Positions 37,496 through 49,700 of a stretch of 64,000 nucleotides of DNA are shown one piece after another. The notes under the pieces are model-generated. The model saw only the letters and a list, made by a program, of their open reading frames with translations, did no database searches and was not told the origin of the DNA. The position numbers and the translations under genes are program-made. The stretch's first letter is position 1; each line of letters begins with the position of its first letter. Source of the DNA: Kondoa subrosea (taxonomy: Eukaryota); assembly GCA_039545335.1 (NCBI GenBank), contig BCIN01000001.1:1671129-1735128 (forward strand). Direction: 5' to 3'.

Positions 37496-40400
37496 TTAAG
37501 GGTTCGCGAAGACATATGCTGGTTTCCCTGGTTCCGCTGCCTCGACGCTCTTGCTCTCATGTTCCGGACCTTTTGATTGTTCTGCAATAAAAAGCTTGAC
37601 ATCCGAGAATCCAAGCTGTCGCAGCAGGTACGGTCGCATCTTCTGTAGAACGTCTTCTTCGTCGAAGCCCAGACCTCTTTCGAAAGCAGCGTCTGCTCCT
37701 AAAGTGTCAATGTTGGACTATCGACATTTGTCAGAGAAGGTTCGGCGAAATCCAAATTTTTGACTCACCTGGAAGTTTACACAGAAAGGCATGGCCTTCT
37801 TGTCTTTTGCCAGACCTGCTTTTATAACCAAGTCTTTGACCTTCGACCGATTGATCATCTTGCTTTCTGAATCGTATGCTTCTTTGATGATCTCGAGACA
37901 CTGTTGCTGCCAAGCCGGGAACTCTTTGGCGATGTACAAAGTGAGAACTTTTGGTTTGCTAGGGTCATATGATCCTGGTTCAGTTGCCTTGCCTTTCTTT
38001 GCCTTCTTCTTTGCTATCTGGAATTCAGCATCTCGTATATCTTTGACAGTTGTTCGAACGTAGGTTGCTGCATTGATGACAGAATAATCAATAGGTTTCG
38101 ATATCGTAGGGAAGCGGGCGTTTTGGATGGATTCTTTCTCTCCTAATACTTCGCAATACAGATGTTCAGCTGTATGCGGTGCGACGGGATTGAGAAGAAG
38201 TGCTTGTATCTTGATGAAGTAGAAGACGAGATCATGGTGCATACTTGGCTCGCCATCGGAAGATAATATCTTCGTCACATCGCGGTACCAATCACGCGCG
38301 CCCAAAAGCTCGTAGAGAGCATACTATAGGATTCTCAGCTATTCTGAAAAGCATTCTCAGGGACACTCACCTTGAGGGCGTCCTTGTACATTGCGCTGCC
38401 AAATCAACATGAGAACTGCTTTGCATACGTTGCTTTTCCTCAAGCAAACTCACTTGGCGTATAAATCCTTCGCCTTCTCGACACAAGCATTGACTTCATT
38501 CTCGAAGATAGAATCGTAAAAGTTGTACTCGCCGGTCCGTAGACTCGCTTTGTTCCGCGATTGTTCCTAAAGTAGCACGATGTCAGCACAGATCTTGCAA
38601 ATGGTCATTACTCACCTCAGACCATTCTATCAATGTGAACAAACGAAGAATGCTTGCGTTTGCAGTGTATTCTTCGAAGTTAGCGTCCTCCATTCCATCT
38701 CCAGCGTCTGCAATAGCAACTCGACTGGCGTCTGCACCAAATTTGCGTACTGAATCTGCAAGAGTAAGCGAATTGCCGGTTGATTTGGCCCTGTTCATAA
38801 ATGTCAGATTGGAAAAGTTCGGTACAATCGTAGCACTGACATCTTCTTTCCGTTTAATAGCAAGTGACCGTTCACGCGCATACTTCTGGGCCACTGATCT
38901 TCTTTGAAAAGAGCTGCGTGTACGTAGATACACATTGTCAGATGATTGTTGATGAGATCTTTGCCTGACGAGCGAATGTCCATGGGATACCAATATTCGA
39001 ATTCATTAAGCATAGCTTGAGATTGCTCTTGTGAAATTGGTGAAGATTCAGGGAATGGTGCGCCAGTAAGAATATGATCCCAAACTTCGTCTGTCATCTG
39101 TTCTGGCTTGATGCCTAATGCTCCAGGTTGTTTGCCTTCCACGTCGGCTAGTCATGAGATTTGAGCGACGTAATTAGACGCGCGGATAATCACACACCGT
39201 GAAGCAGGTGCGCGATGGTGTAGTAGGACATATAGATAGTAGAATCGCTCAAGCTTTCGACCAGGAATTGAGGATCCCAGGGTAGCTTGGTCCCCAGGCC
39301 ATAGCTGCGAGCACATGCCCATTCTTGAAGCCAGTTCAGGGTAGCTTCGAAAGCATTTCGTGTCTCTTGACTGTAAATGGTCATGCTCGCTAGCAGTCTG
39401 CGAGAAAGTCAAAATAGCTCCAATACAAGATCAAGCGACTCACTTCCTGGCCCTTTCTTTCCACTCCTTCTCGCCATAAGCCATGTACCATTGGTCGCAC
39501 AAGGCAACAACACATTCATCAGCACTCCGACTCATGACCATGTTCTCTGGCTCTGAGTAGACAAAGGCAGTACCGGCCTGGATCATTTGGTCCCGTACTT
39601 TGTTCTTGACCTCCTCGACCCGTTGTCCTTTAAAGTCGCCCGCTACCATGATGCCTCCATAGAAACCTTCTTTGTAAGCAATCTCTTTGGCTTCCGCTAG
39701 CTGCTTAATGTCCTTTTGAGAGTTGATCTTGAGCTGTTTACATAGAGCAGGAGCGGTCAATTCGCCATACGTAGGCGTTTTGAGAACTGGAATGGGATCA
39801 ATTGCTGCCCATTTTGGATCAATACCGTAATATTCTGCCTTCTTGCGGAGGTCGAGGAGAGTTTGATAATCGTCAGGTGAATCAGAAGGGACCGATGTGA
39901 CGACTCCAGTTCCCTGAGGTAGAGAGAGGAAGATTATCAGACCGGAACATCAAAGACAGAAGTTGAGATACTTTTGTTGCGAGGACATTCTCCATTGGAA
40001 GGACGTAGACCTCGCTATTGGGTGCTAAACTATTGGGTGCACGAATCTTTGTACCGATGACAGCTTTACCCTGAATTTCTGCTATCTTCTCAACCGCATC
40101 TCTTGAATGCAGTAGTCCCTGATAAGCCATATTGCGAGCGGATCGTTCCGTACAGAGGTAGACTTGGTTGTCGCCTTTGGCAAGATACAAGCCATACTTG
40201 ATGTTCACGCCAACGAAGCAATTTGTCTGACCATACCTGGTTGGAAGCACTTCAGCTTTAGATCTATATACTTATGAAATTGACTCACATGGTCTCTGGT
40301 CTGAGAGTAGCAGCAACGAGGAAGACCTGCTTCCCACCAATGGCCTGACCAAGGGCGCTATTTGCCTCAGCGCTCCATTCCAGTACTTCCATCTTTATAC

Positions 40401-41687
40401 CAGTGTATTCTTGCGGTCCAACACCTTCTCCGCTCGACCGATCGTGATCCATACAAGGTTGACCATCTTTCGGCGAATAGATAGTGTAACGCTCGCCAAA
40501 CTTGATGTATCCCATTTTATGAAGCTTATTAACTTGCCAGCGCACGAAAGCATCGTAATAAGGATTAGCATCGGTAGTAAGAAAAGATCTACGCCAATCG
40601 ACTTTGGCTCCAAATGCTTTGAGGTCTTGTTGAGCAATCGGTGGGAAATATGTCAACCAGTATTTTGGATCCGCAAACTTCTTAATTTCTGCTCGTGGGA
40701 CACCAATGGACTCCATAATTTGGAACTGATAAGTAAGGCCAGTAGACTTTGCGTTCAGTTTGCCTTTTTTCGATTTCTCGACATTTGAAGTGGTTGCAGA
40801 TGTGGAAGGTGCCGAAGCATCCGCGTTGCTAGCAGGCGGCGGTCCAACAGGTGCGCTTGTTCTGTAGTAGGTTCATCTCAGTGCAGGTAATATGACTAAT
40901 TATACTGAACTCACGCTGCTGGTTCATTCTCGGAGTAGTTTTCGAAATCCTGGCCAAACCGTTCCATTTCTCTAATGAGCTTATCGGAAGCCGCCTGTAG
41001 TAGAGTGAGATACAAAATCCTCTTGATGATTGGCTATGCACCTTGATTGGCATGCCAGTGCAGTGAAATCCAATCGGTACAAGCACTCGCTTGCCCTGCA
41101 TACGCCTAGGTAGAATGAGCACACGCCCAAGACTTAGCACATCTATACTCACTCTACACCTGCAGCGAACTCGATCTTCGAAATAGTGAAAGCATGACCA
41201 AGATGTAGAGATCCGTTCATATATGCATAAGGTGATCTGTCCGAAGCCTAAGCGAAGAAATGCGGAATTCACAGTACGACACACGTTCCAAACCATTTCG
41301 GATACTTTGCTTTCATTTCCGCTTCAGATAGATCCATGAGAGACGAATCTGAAATGTGCATGAGAAAGAAGCTCTTGCCAATGGTAAAATCAAAGCAAAC
41401 CTTCTGTAGCTGGAGCATTGACTTCAAAAGTCTTGTCCTGAGAGGTTCATGACGAGCTTCAGCTCAGCAAGGACGCAAATCTGTGCGACCTACATTTGCC
41501 CATTTCGCTTGTATTTTCTTTTCAATCTCAATGAGACGGTCTCGCTTGCCAGTCTATCGATACCTGCTCAGCGTCGAACCATTGGTGCTCTTGCCTCGTT
41601 GCTCACATTGGCCAGAGCCATTGTTTCCTGAGCTTGCTTTTCAGCGACAGCTCTTGCAGCGGCCGAGGCAGAATTGACAGCAGCCAT
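37496..41687 (-). CDS. CDC60: Cytosolic leucyl-tRNA synthetase
   Basis: [13 protein letters not shown] (HIGH motif), [84 protein letters not shown] (intron-split), [17 protein letters not shown]. Confidence 0.97.
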
Positions 41688-41764
41688 TTTGGTATAGAAG
41701 CGTTGCACTAGAGGATATCTCAAGAACTGAATGGTGCACCGTGAGGAAGCTGCGCAAGGTGCAA

Positions 41765-41771
41765 TGACTCA
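41765..41771. promoter_or_regulatory. Gcn4/CpcA-type element TGACTCA ~80 bp upstream of the LeuRS ATG
   Basis: Exact heptamer. Aminoacyl-tRNA synthetases are classic general-control targets. The motif is short and could be chance; another copy lies at 44497-44503 just upstream of MET1. Confidence 0.35.
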
Positions 41772-42664
41772 ATTTGACAATTTTGGTCCTCGCGTTTCTT
41801 AAGTCAAATCTGTGCAATGGGCTCGCGTAAGCCTTGATAGAAGTATGCAAGCTAGTGCACAAAAGTGACACGTGAATGTATGTTCATGCAACGAAGGAGA
41901 TAAAGACATATCAGCTGGCAGGCCGAGCACCCTCTTAATCCTTGGTTCTCGCGATTCTTAGACACTTCGATATTCGCTCCAAGTCTCGATCAGGGAGAGT
42001 CCAATACACCAGAAGTGTCCGGAAGTGTCTGAGGCAATCCTCTCGAGCTGGCAGAATGAAAGAAGCCGAGCTGAAGAAGGAGAGACCATCTATTGACATA
42101 TGTGGACGGATCTCACGATGTACTTGCTCTTAGTCAGAGCGACTACGAGGCCAATCTGAGCATACCCTTCCTTTGATGGTTCAAAGTACTAACCTCCTCA
42201 TGCAATTCGTGCGATCGTGCGAGGCGCTACTCCGAACCAGAGCGTCTGCTCTAAGCATACTATGTTCCTGTTGGCTCAATTCCAAATCTCATCAGCACTC
42301 ACGTCCGGTGAAATCGTTTGAGTAGAATGTACCTCTCGAGCCATCCAGCAGAGGACAATAACTTCCTCGACATCGTTACGGAAGAAAAGACACCGACACT
42401 AGATAAGAATCGAGTAGGAGAGAAGCGAGAGACAACAATCGAATTCAAGACTGTATGAGGAGCAAGACCATTCTGATGACATGTTTGAGATAGAAAGTGG
42501 GTGACGAAGAAGAAGAAGAAGAAGCTACATGTATTGAGAGCGCTAGACTGTGCAGGTTGCGCTGTCAATACTCTGTTGTATTCCTGAAATTATCAGTTTG
42601 GCTTACCTGCATCACTGAACCTAGCTTCGTCACTGTGCCGAAAGCAACGACAACTGTTGGTTTC

Positions 42665-44058
42665 CTGTTCAGCTACAGCGAGCTCCCTCTGATTCTCCCT
42701 CTCTTCTTCCTCTTCTTCTTCTTCTCAACTTCTTCCACTCATTCTTGCTTCTCTCTCAGAGCAGAAAAAAAGACAACTTACAAAACGGCCTCGGTTCTGT
42801 GATCCGAAGTCTGTCGGACGGCTTGAGCCGCAGACTGAATGACCTTCGAAAATCCAAACATCCTGTCTTTCTTCTTCATACTTACCTTGCGATGGCAACG
42901 AGCGCTCAAGCATCGTGGTTGTCCTCTATAAGCCGCATCCATTGCACAGCGACACGTATCGGTTCTTCAGGTAGTGGCTTATAGAGGCTGCTCTCCTTTG
43001 GGGGGTAGCGTTGCTTAATATTTTGAACGATGCGACTCTCTTCGGAGGGCTCGCATCAATCTTTGTATTTTTTTCGAGCCAAAGGGCAATTTGTGAAATG
43101 TATAGCACACGTTTACCTTACCTAAGCTGCCTTTCCGCCTTTCCGCCTTTCAATTTGCGCGCTTTGCTCACTTCTCTCTCCGAAGCAGCCGTCTCTCAGC
43201 TGGCTACATTCGCTGTGCTCTGTTCAAACTGAGCTGTGCTCTCTTGCCTGTCTTGTTGGCCACAGTGGTAAATGCAGAGCTAGAAGTCGATTTCTCGCAC
43301 GTAGCTCAGATGTCTAGAAACGCCGCGTGCCCTTTCTATCTGCGCATGTCTTGATGTTGTTTTGCTGGCATTGACATTCTTACGCATCTCTTCCCTCCTC
43401 CGTTCATTCCTTTCTCGCTTTACACTCCTTCCTTTACACTTTCCTTTACGCGATGTTTGGTCTCGCTTTCCTCATCATCGACGGAGTTGCTGAAGATGGT
43501 CGCGAGGTGCAGTACTGCACTGCTGTGACTCATCGCTCTGGCAAAAGCAAAGCTGAGACAAGGGGTGAGTGTATACGAAGCAAAACACGCGTTGTCACCA
43601 AATACTTATGACATGAATGCTATAGGTGATCAAGCTATAGAACAACATGGAAACTCATCTGTTCAGGCGCTCTCAACTAAAACTTGCGATAACAGCGCAG
43701 TCAGTCATTTCTTCTGGTTCAAGCGCGTTCTCAAGTACTCATCTTGTTCTCGTCTGGCAGCAGAAGCAGCTTGCACAATCGCAAACTCGCATGTCTTGGA
43801 CTTCTATATCTCAGCCATCCGCCATCATCCGCCTCTACTGTCACCTCCGTCCAACAGTTCAAGCCAAACTCATTGAGCTCAGCAAACATCTACATTCAAC
43901 TTATACCAGTCTATCAACTCTCTCAGGAAAGGTTCTTTCGCGGGAACTTCATCTCTATATAATGACTTCCGTCAGAGCACGATTTGGCAGCCATCTTCTT
44001 CTCGCCTTTTTCCTCTTCGTGGCATCTCGCAGTGATATCATAGGCTCTCGATTGAAGA
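42665..44058. repeat. Right arm of the ~1.35 kb inverted repeat (partner 36049-~37400)
   Basis: Reverse complement of the left arm, plus an extra ~45 bp (42726-42770) absent from the left arm. Confidence 0.97.
42878..43058 (+). ncRNA. U1: U1 spliceosomal snRNA (copy 2)
   Basis: 5' AUACUUACCU. Closing helix GCGAUG(42889)/CGUUGC(43009). SL1 GCAAC/GUUGU. 14-bp SL2 stem 42923-42936/42974-42987 enclosing the U1A site AUUGCAC (42941-42947). SL3 CUGCUCUC/GGGGGUAG. Sm site AUUUUG (43020-43025). SL4 with a cUUCGg tetraloop, followed by a T-rich tract. Confidence 0.92.
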
Positions 44059-44515
44059 GTGGAGCTGTCACTTGGTCCGAAGTTATACTGGCGTTATTGA
44101 AAAGGTGCTTACGTTTGGAGCTGAAACAAGGCAGAGAAGTGAAAGAATTGAGGGTGGATCAATGTAAGAGCTCACTCATTGCCTTCTAGCCATCAATTGA
44201 GTCGTATCCGATAGCTGCTTGAGCTTCCAATTTGTGGATGCATGATTTCGAGCCGGACTTGAAGCTGAATAGGATTCTCATGCATGGTTCTTGGGACTAG
44301 CTGGATCGATATATAGGGTACAAAGCAGTGTGAACGTCCGTGTCGCTTGCCAATACTATGCTATACTCTATTGTCTCTGAAGCTTATGTAATTGTGTGGC
44401 GGATAACACCGTGCTATGGCGAGCTTGGAAGATTTTTGATTACTTGGTCTTCACGCGCATGTCCTCTGTATATAGTAGGTGTCAGTACCTGTGAATTGAC
44501 TCATCTGATATCTCG

Positions 44516-46678
44516 ATGATAGAGGAGCCACAGGCAGGCGCTTCCCTGCTGCTCGCTTTCAACGCTTCCGCTGGCACATCTCGGCGGACAATACTTGTGA
44601 TCGGACAAGGTCGTCTAGCTGCAGCTCGAATATACGCATGTCTAGAAGCTGGCTATCGAATATTGCTAGCTCAAGATGAGACGAAACCTGTTGATAAAGA
44701 ATTAGCCTACCGATTGCATGAACAGCAAATCACCAGCATACCTTGGACAAACGACAGCTTGGACGCACTCTTCGACTCTCATCCGTTACTCCTGCAAGAT
44801 ATCTGCTTCGTTTTGATCACCGATACGCTCAAATCTGCAGCAGGAACTCAAACACCTCGACCTCTTTCCTCTGCAGCCATACTTAAGCAAGCCTGCTATA
44901 TACGGAGAATCCCTGTCAATGTATCGGATGTACCTTCTCTGTCTGATTTCACATTTCCAGCAACACATCGGTTCCCAATATGCAGTTCGGATTCCAAAGC
45001 CAGCCCGCTACAGTTGGCAATCACGACCAACGCTTCTTCATGTCGACTAGCTACAAGGATAAGAAGAGCATGCATATCAGCCTTGCCGAAAAGCGTGGGT
45101 TCTGCTGTTGCAAGAGTTGGCGAACTTCGAGAATTGGTCAAGAAACACACAGCGGAGCAAGAGCTAGCAGGCGACGAAGAGGAAGAAGGCTGGAGTACTG
45201 TAGCTTTAAATAAGCCAGTAGTTCAAAGAACCCAAAGCGCTCCCTATTGGCAGAAACTGTCTCGACAAAACAGCTTCCAACCGATAGACCTATCGCTCGA
45301 CCTCAAAGCCATCGTTCAGCAGCCTTTACTCACACCACCTCCTTCTCCTCTCTTCTCTCCCACCGTGTCTAATATGGCTGATGCACCATCTCGCCTAAAC
45401 ACGGTAGCTAGAATGCGCTTCGTTTCTCAGATTTGTGGGTCTTCAGTTTTCGCCTATTGCTTCACGCAGCTGATTTGAATCATAGCTGAATATTGGCCGA
45501 TGGATCGTCTCAGCTCACTGTCCGATAAGGAGGCTCTTGAACTTCTGGAAATAGAAAACCTCTCGCTATCCTCTTCGAACGATCTTCCGCAACAATCTAC
45601 GAGTGCTGAGATATCATCAGGTGAACCATCATCCGTCAAGAACGTCATAACAAATCATTCCTCGTTACACGATAATACAAATTCTGCAACTGAAGACTCT
45701 GCAGAATCATCTCGACATGCTCTTGCCATCACAGCTCCTGCGGGTCTTAAATCAGCTCGAAAGGGTAGTATAGTGCTGATCGGGTCTGGTCCGGGCAGTC
45801 CAGATCTTTTGACGCGAGCTGCCTATTCTTTCCTCACTCAACGCGCAACATTAATCCTCTCGGACAAACTCGTCCCTTCTGAAGTCCTCGCCCTTATTCC
45901 ACCTCATATCCCTCTTGTCATCGCAAAGAAGTTCCCTGGCAATGCTGAAGGTGCTCAATCCGAATTGATGGAATTAGCGATTCAAGGTGCTGAAAAAGGA
46001 GAAACGGTTGTTAGATTGAAGCAAGGCGATGTTTATTTGTATGGAAGAGGTGGTGAAGAAGTGCTCTACTTCAGAGAAAGAGGTTTTGAGCCGCTTGTCT
46101 TACCTGGTCTCAGTTCTGTTTTGGCTGGACCGACTATGGTTGGCATCCCGGTTACGCAAAGAGGTGTAGCGGAAACAGTGGTTGTTTGCACTGGTGTAGG
46201 AAGAGGTGGAAAAGGTGTTCAAATGCCTGGATATGAGCGAAGTCGGACAACCGTTGTCTTAATGGGTGTAGCGAGGTTGGCTGGTGTTGTCAATGCGCTT
46301 ACATCTGCTGAGGGATCGGAAGAGCATGGAAGAGAAGGTGGAAAACGAGAGGGACCCGCTTATCCGCCTCATCTGCCCATCGCCATCATTGAAAGAGCAA
46401 GCTCAAAAGATCAGCGACTTATTGCTTCAACTTTGGACGGTATCGTGGACGCCATGGAACGAGTAGGCGAACAACGCCCACCTGCTATGATGGTTATTGG
46501 CTGGTCTGTTCTTTCGCTCGAAGGTCAAGGCGATGTCTCGGTTCTGGACGGCGTTCAAGATTTATCGGCGGAGCAAGTCGTTCAGGCTGACAAGGCACGG
46601 ATCACAAGATGGCTACAAGGCAAATCGTACATTGAAAAGGATGGTCTGCCGACAGGATGGGAAGTTTTTCAGCAGTAA
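44516..46678 (+). CDS. MET1: Uroporphyrinogen-III C-methyltransferase (Met1-type, with an N-terminal siroheme-synthase-like region); one intron at ~45436-45485
   Basis: IPVNVSDVPSLSDFTFP, RLATRIRR, RMRFVSQI|EYWP, LIGSGPGSPDLLT, LILSDKLVP, RLKQGDVYLYGRGGEE, GIPVTQRGVA. Confidence 0.93.
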
Positions 46679-46784
46679 AGCGAATATAGAAATAAGCATG
46701 TAGAGTACATAGATTAGATTGCATTAAGATTATTGTAGAATGAAGTGTATTTGTAATGCTAGATATCTCACAGCTACAATTCCA

Positions 46785-49700
46785 TCACATAGTTGCAACT
46801 TTTTCGAACCATCTCTGAACGATATTTCTCCCTTTCTCCAAATTGATTATGCGTACTACATAAGAGACATCAGTGACAGATCCTCCGGCACGCTAGGACA
46901 TACTAGATTCATTCGCTAAATGTGAATGCGAAGTGGATTGAGCCATCGGCAGGTGTGTAGCTGACACGCCGAACTCCTTCTCCAACCAAGGTATTGAAGG
47001 TACGCTTCCGCCTGAGCATATTATCAGAGCCATCTTTCGTAGGACGGGCTCAGAAGTATACCTTCTCGAGTGAAGAGTGGCTTGATCTTCCACTCATCTT
47101 CCACTATCTGCATCAAGGTCTGGTTGTATCTGTTCGCTGGGTCGCTGAGCCACCAATCAGCATCTTGACGGATAGTGATCTTGAACAGCGGTTCAGACCA
47201 AGATGTGAATGCTTATCAAGGAACGGACCTCTATTTTGTTCTTCGAATCCAAACTTGAGAAACTGGATCGTAGATGATCCACAAGATTCGCTTCAATGGT
47301 CATCAGGTCTTGGTTTGGCACGATACGAACTAGAAGAGAATGAGTTTAATGCATTCGCAAGTGAGTTTGCTCACTAGATATGTCTGCAGTAGCCCGTGAT
47401 GGGATGACAGTCCGGTGTTCACTGGACACATTGATGGAATGGCAGCTGAAGCTTGGTTCTCTCCATCTATCGATGCAATGAGCAACGACCTTGTTGAACA
47501 TGGAGCAGGTTCACCTCGCAAGGAGTGCTTGACGCTCGTCTGAAATATGTGAGTCGGTAGCAAGATTCCTAAAAGAGAGTGGATGAAATAGGGAAACGAT
47601 GGATAATCAAGCGCAACGCACTTCGTTCTGTCTAGAACCTGTTTATACAGCTGCTCTTCCGTTTCATCTAGCGGCTTGATATCGGTCTCAAAACCCGGAA
47701 TAGCTATCTTCCCCATTGAGTCGACACAGAGTGCAAGAGTGCGAGTGAGATCCAATAACGGCTCGCAGACAGTACCTCCACTCAAACCAGAGTGCAGTTC
47801 CGTGAACTCTGATTGGATGGTCACTCTTGCGTGTACTATGAGAGCCAAGAGATCTGCATGAGTGGCTAGGCGGATATCGAAGCGGCACCAAACGTACCAA
47901 CCCCTCTTAGTCCGGTCAGAATAGCCGGAATATCATCATTCAACCATGAAGCGTTACTTTAGACAAATGAAATTGGTGTTGGAAGTACGCGACCAATTGT
48001 CGAGCTCACCTGGCTAGAATCGAATCGATATTCCCAATGATCGATCGATTATTTGTGACCGCCTCGCGTAAACCCGCACTATTCTGCTCCTCTTCGCCCT
48101 CTATTAGCAGCACGACATCCACATCTAAAGCTTGCGCTTTGTACAGATTCGATGCTGCACATGCAACTGCCAATGTAGGACCCTTGTTGTCGCTTACTCC
48201 TCGACTAAAAGCGCTCTATCACTATTGTATCAATGATTCATGAAAATACCCTCACCCGTAGACTGATCCATTCTTCCCATCTGCAGGAGAATGCTGAGCA
48301 ACAATCACTGTACTGTACATTCACTTACACATTGTAAAAGGGTCCTGCTGCCATTGATGCTTGGCATCGGCTTGTACAACATCGTAATGTCCATAGTAGA
48401 GGATTCTACGCCTCTTATTACTCAATTGTCCACGGTTGGGAAGATTGGCTCGAAAGATAGCCAGCACAAGAGGGTTTCGACCTTCAGCTCCTGGTAACAA
48501 GCTAGACTCGGCGCCCAGCGTCCTCAAAGTGCGTTTCAAGAAAGCAGCAGCTTGTCGACAATCCTCTCGATTGGCACTTCTGCTGACGGACTTGTACGAG
48601 ATGAATTGGCCAAGTAGCTGAAACATAGTACCTGCAACAATCAATCAGTAAGTGGCATGCATGAGACTTCTTGATCATACCCTGAAGGCCGTCAAATCGT
48701 GCAGGTACAGATGCTCCAGTGCTAACTATATTCCATAGCTTGATTGAATTATCGCTGCCGCCCGTCAACATAACAGTATCGCTACTGTTGGCTCGCCGAT
48801 GGGTATTGCTCGCCAGGATTATACCGTTGTGTGCTTTCCACTCGTAAATTTGTGAGAATGAGCGGGACCATCTCTGATCATTCTTTCAGTAGCGTTCAAC
48901 ATATGTCATACAGACAAGTAACCTTGACAGTACCGTCTGCAGCACACGAAAGCATTTCACCAGCAGTACAAGAGAGCGCCAGGACATCAGCCTGTTCTCA
49001 GAGCAGGAAGTCAGCAAGCTGATATTGAGTGACAAGCAGCCATGTACGGTATGAGCTTTGAGCGTTCTGATACATTGGAAAGTGTCGAGATCCCATATCC
49101 GAATTGTTCCACCTTGAAATCCGGTAAATATCTAGTCAGTAGTAAATACAGTATAGTCGCATCTTCAAACTGAGGGAAACTGACTGTGTTCTCACAAGCC
49201 ACAACAGACAAGACCGCTTCATCATTTTCCGTGGCCAAAGTCTTGAGCAATGATAGAGTCAGTCCAGCTTCGCTCTCCTCCGATTGATCAATATTCCAGA
49301 CTTTGCATTCACCGTCGCCTGAAGCAGAAACCAAAACTGAAGTATCTCCTCGCTTGCACATACACAGTGCGTAGACCTATTGATTCGTATCAGCCGCAAC
49401 ATTATACTCTAAGCACAAGAAGCATACATAGCCAACATGAGCATAACTCATCACTGCTTGAGGAGACATTTCGATGTATTCTGCATGGGAAGCATGCTCT
49501 TCCGTCAATGGATGATCTGCTTCGATAGCTTTACGTGCAAGGTCGGCTATTCTAGAGTGATTGGTTGGTGATGCGGAAAGGCCTTGCTGAGAAGAGGAAC
49601 GGGAAGACATTCGGGAAAGAGGTGTGCCTGCTAAAGGACTTTGAGAAGTAGCTATTGCTCGAGCTGTAGCTGACATAGAGTCGAAGAATCGATGATATCT

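Noticed and set aside
43088..43125. Second Sm-like site (AATTTGTG) and CTTACCT motif downstream of U1
   Set aside because: These short motifs lack the surrounding snRNA structure and lie beyond SL4 and the T-rich tract; probably chance.
36049..44058. Composite DNA transposon or pheromone-gene (mating-type) inverted repeat
   Set aside because: No transposase, target-site duplication or CaaX-ending pheromone ORF was found. The arms are explained by U1 genes and have ragged ends.
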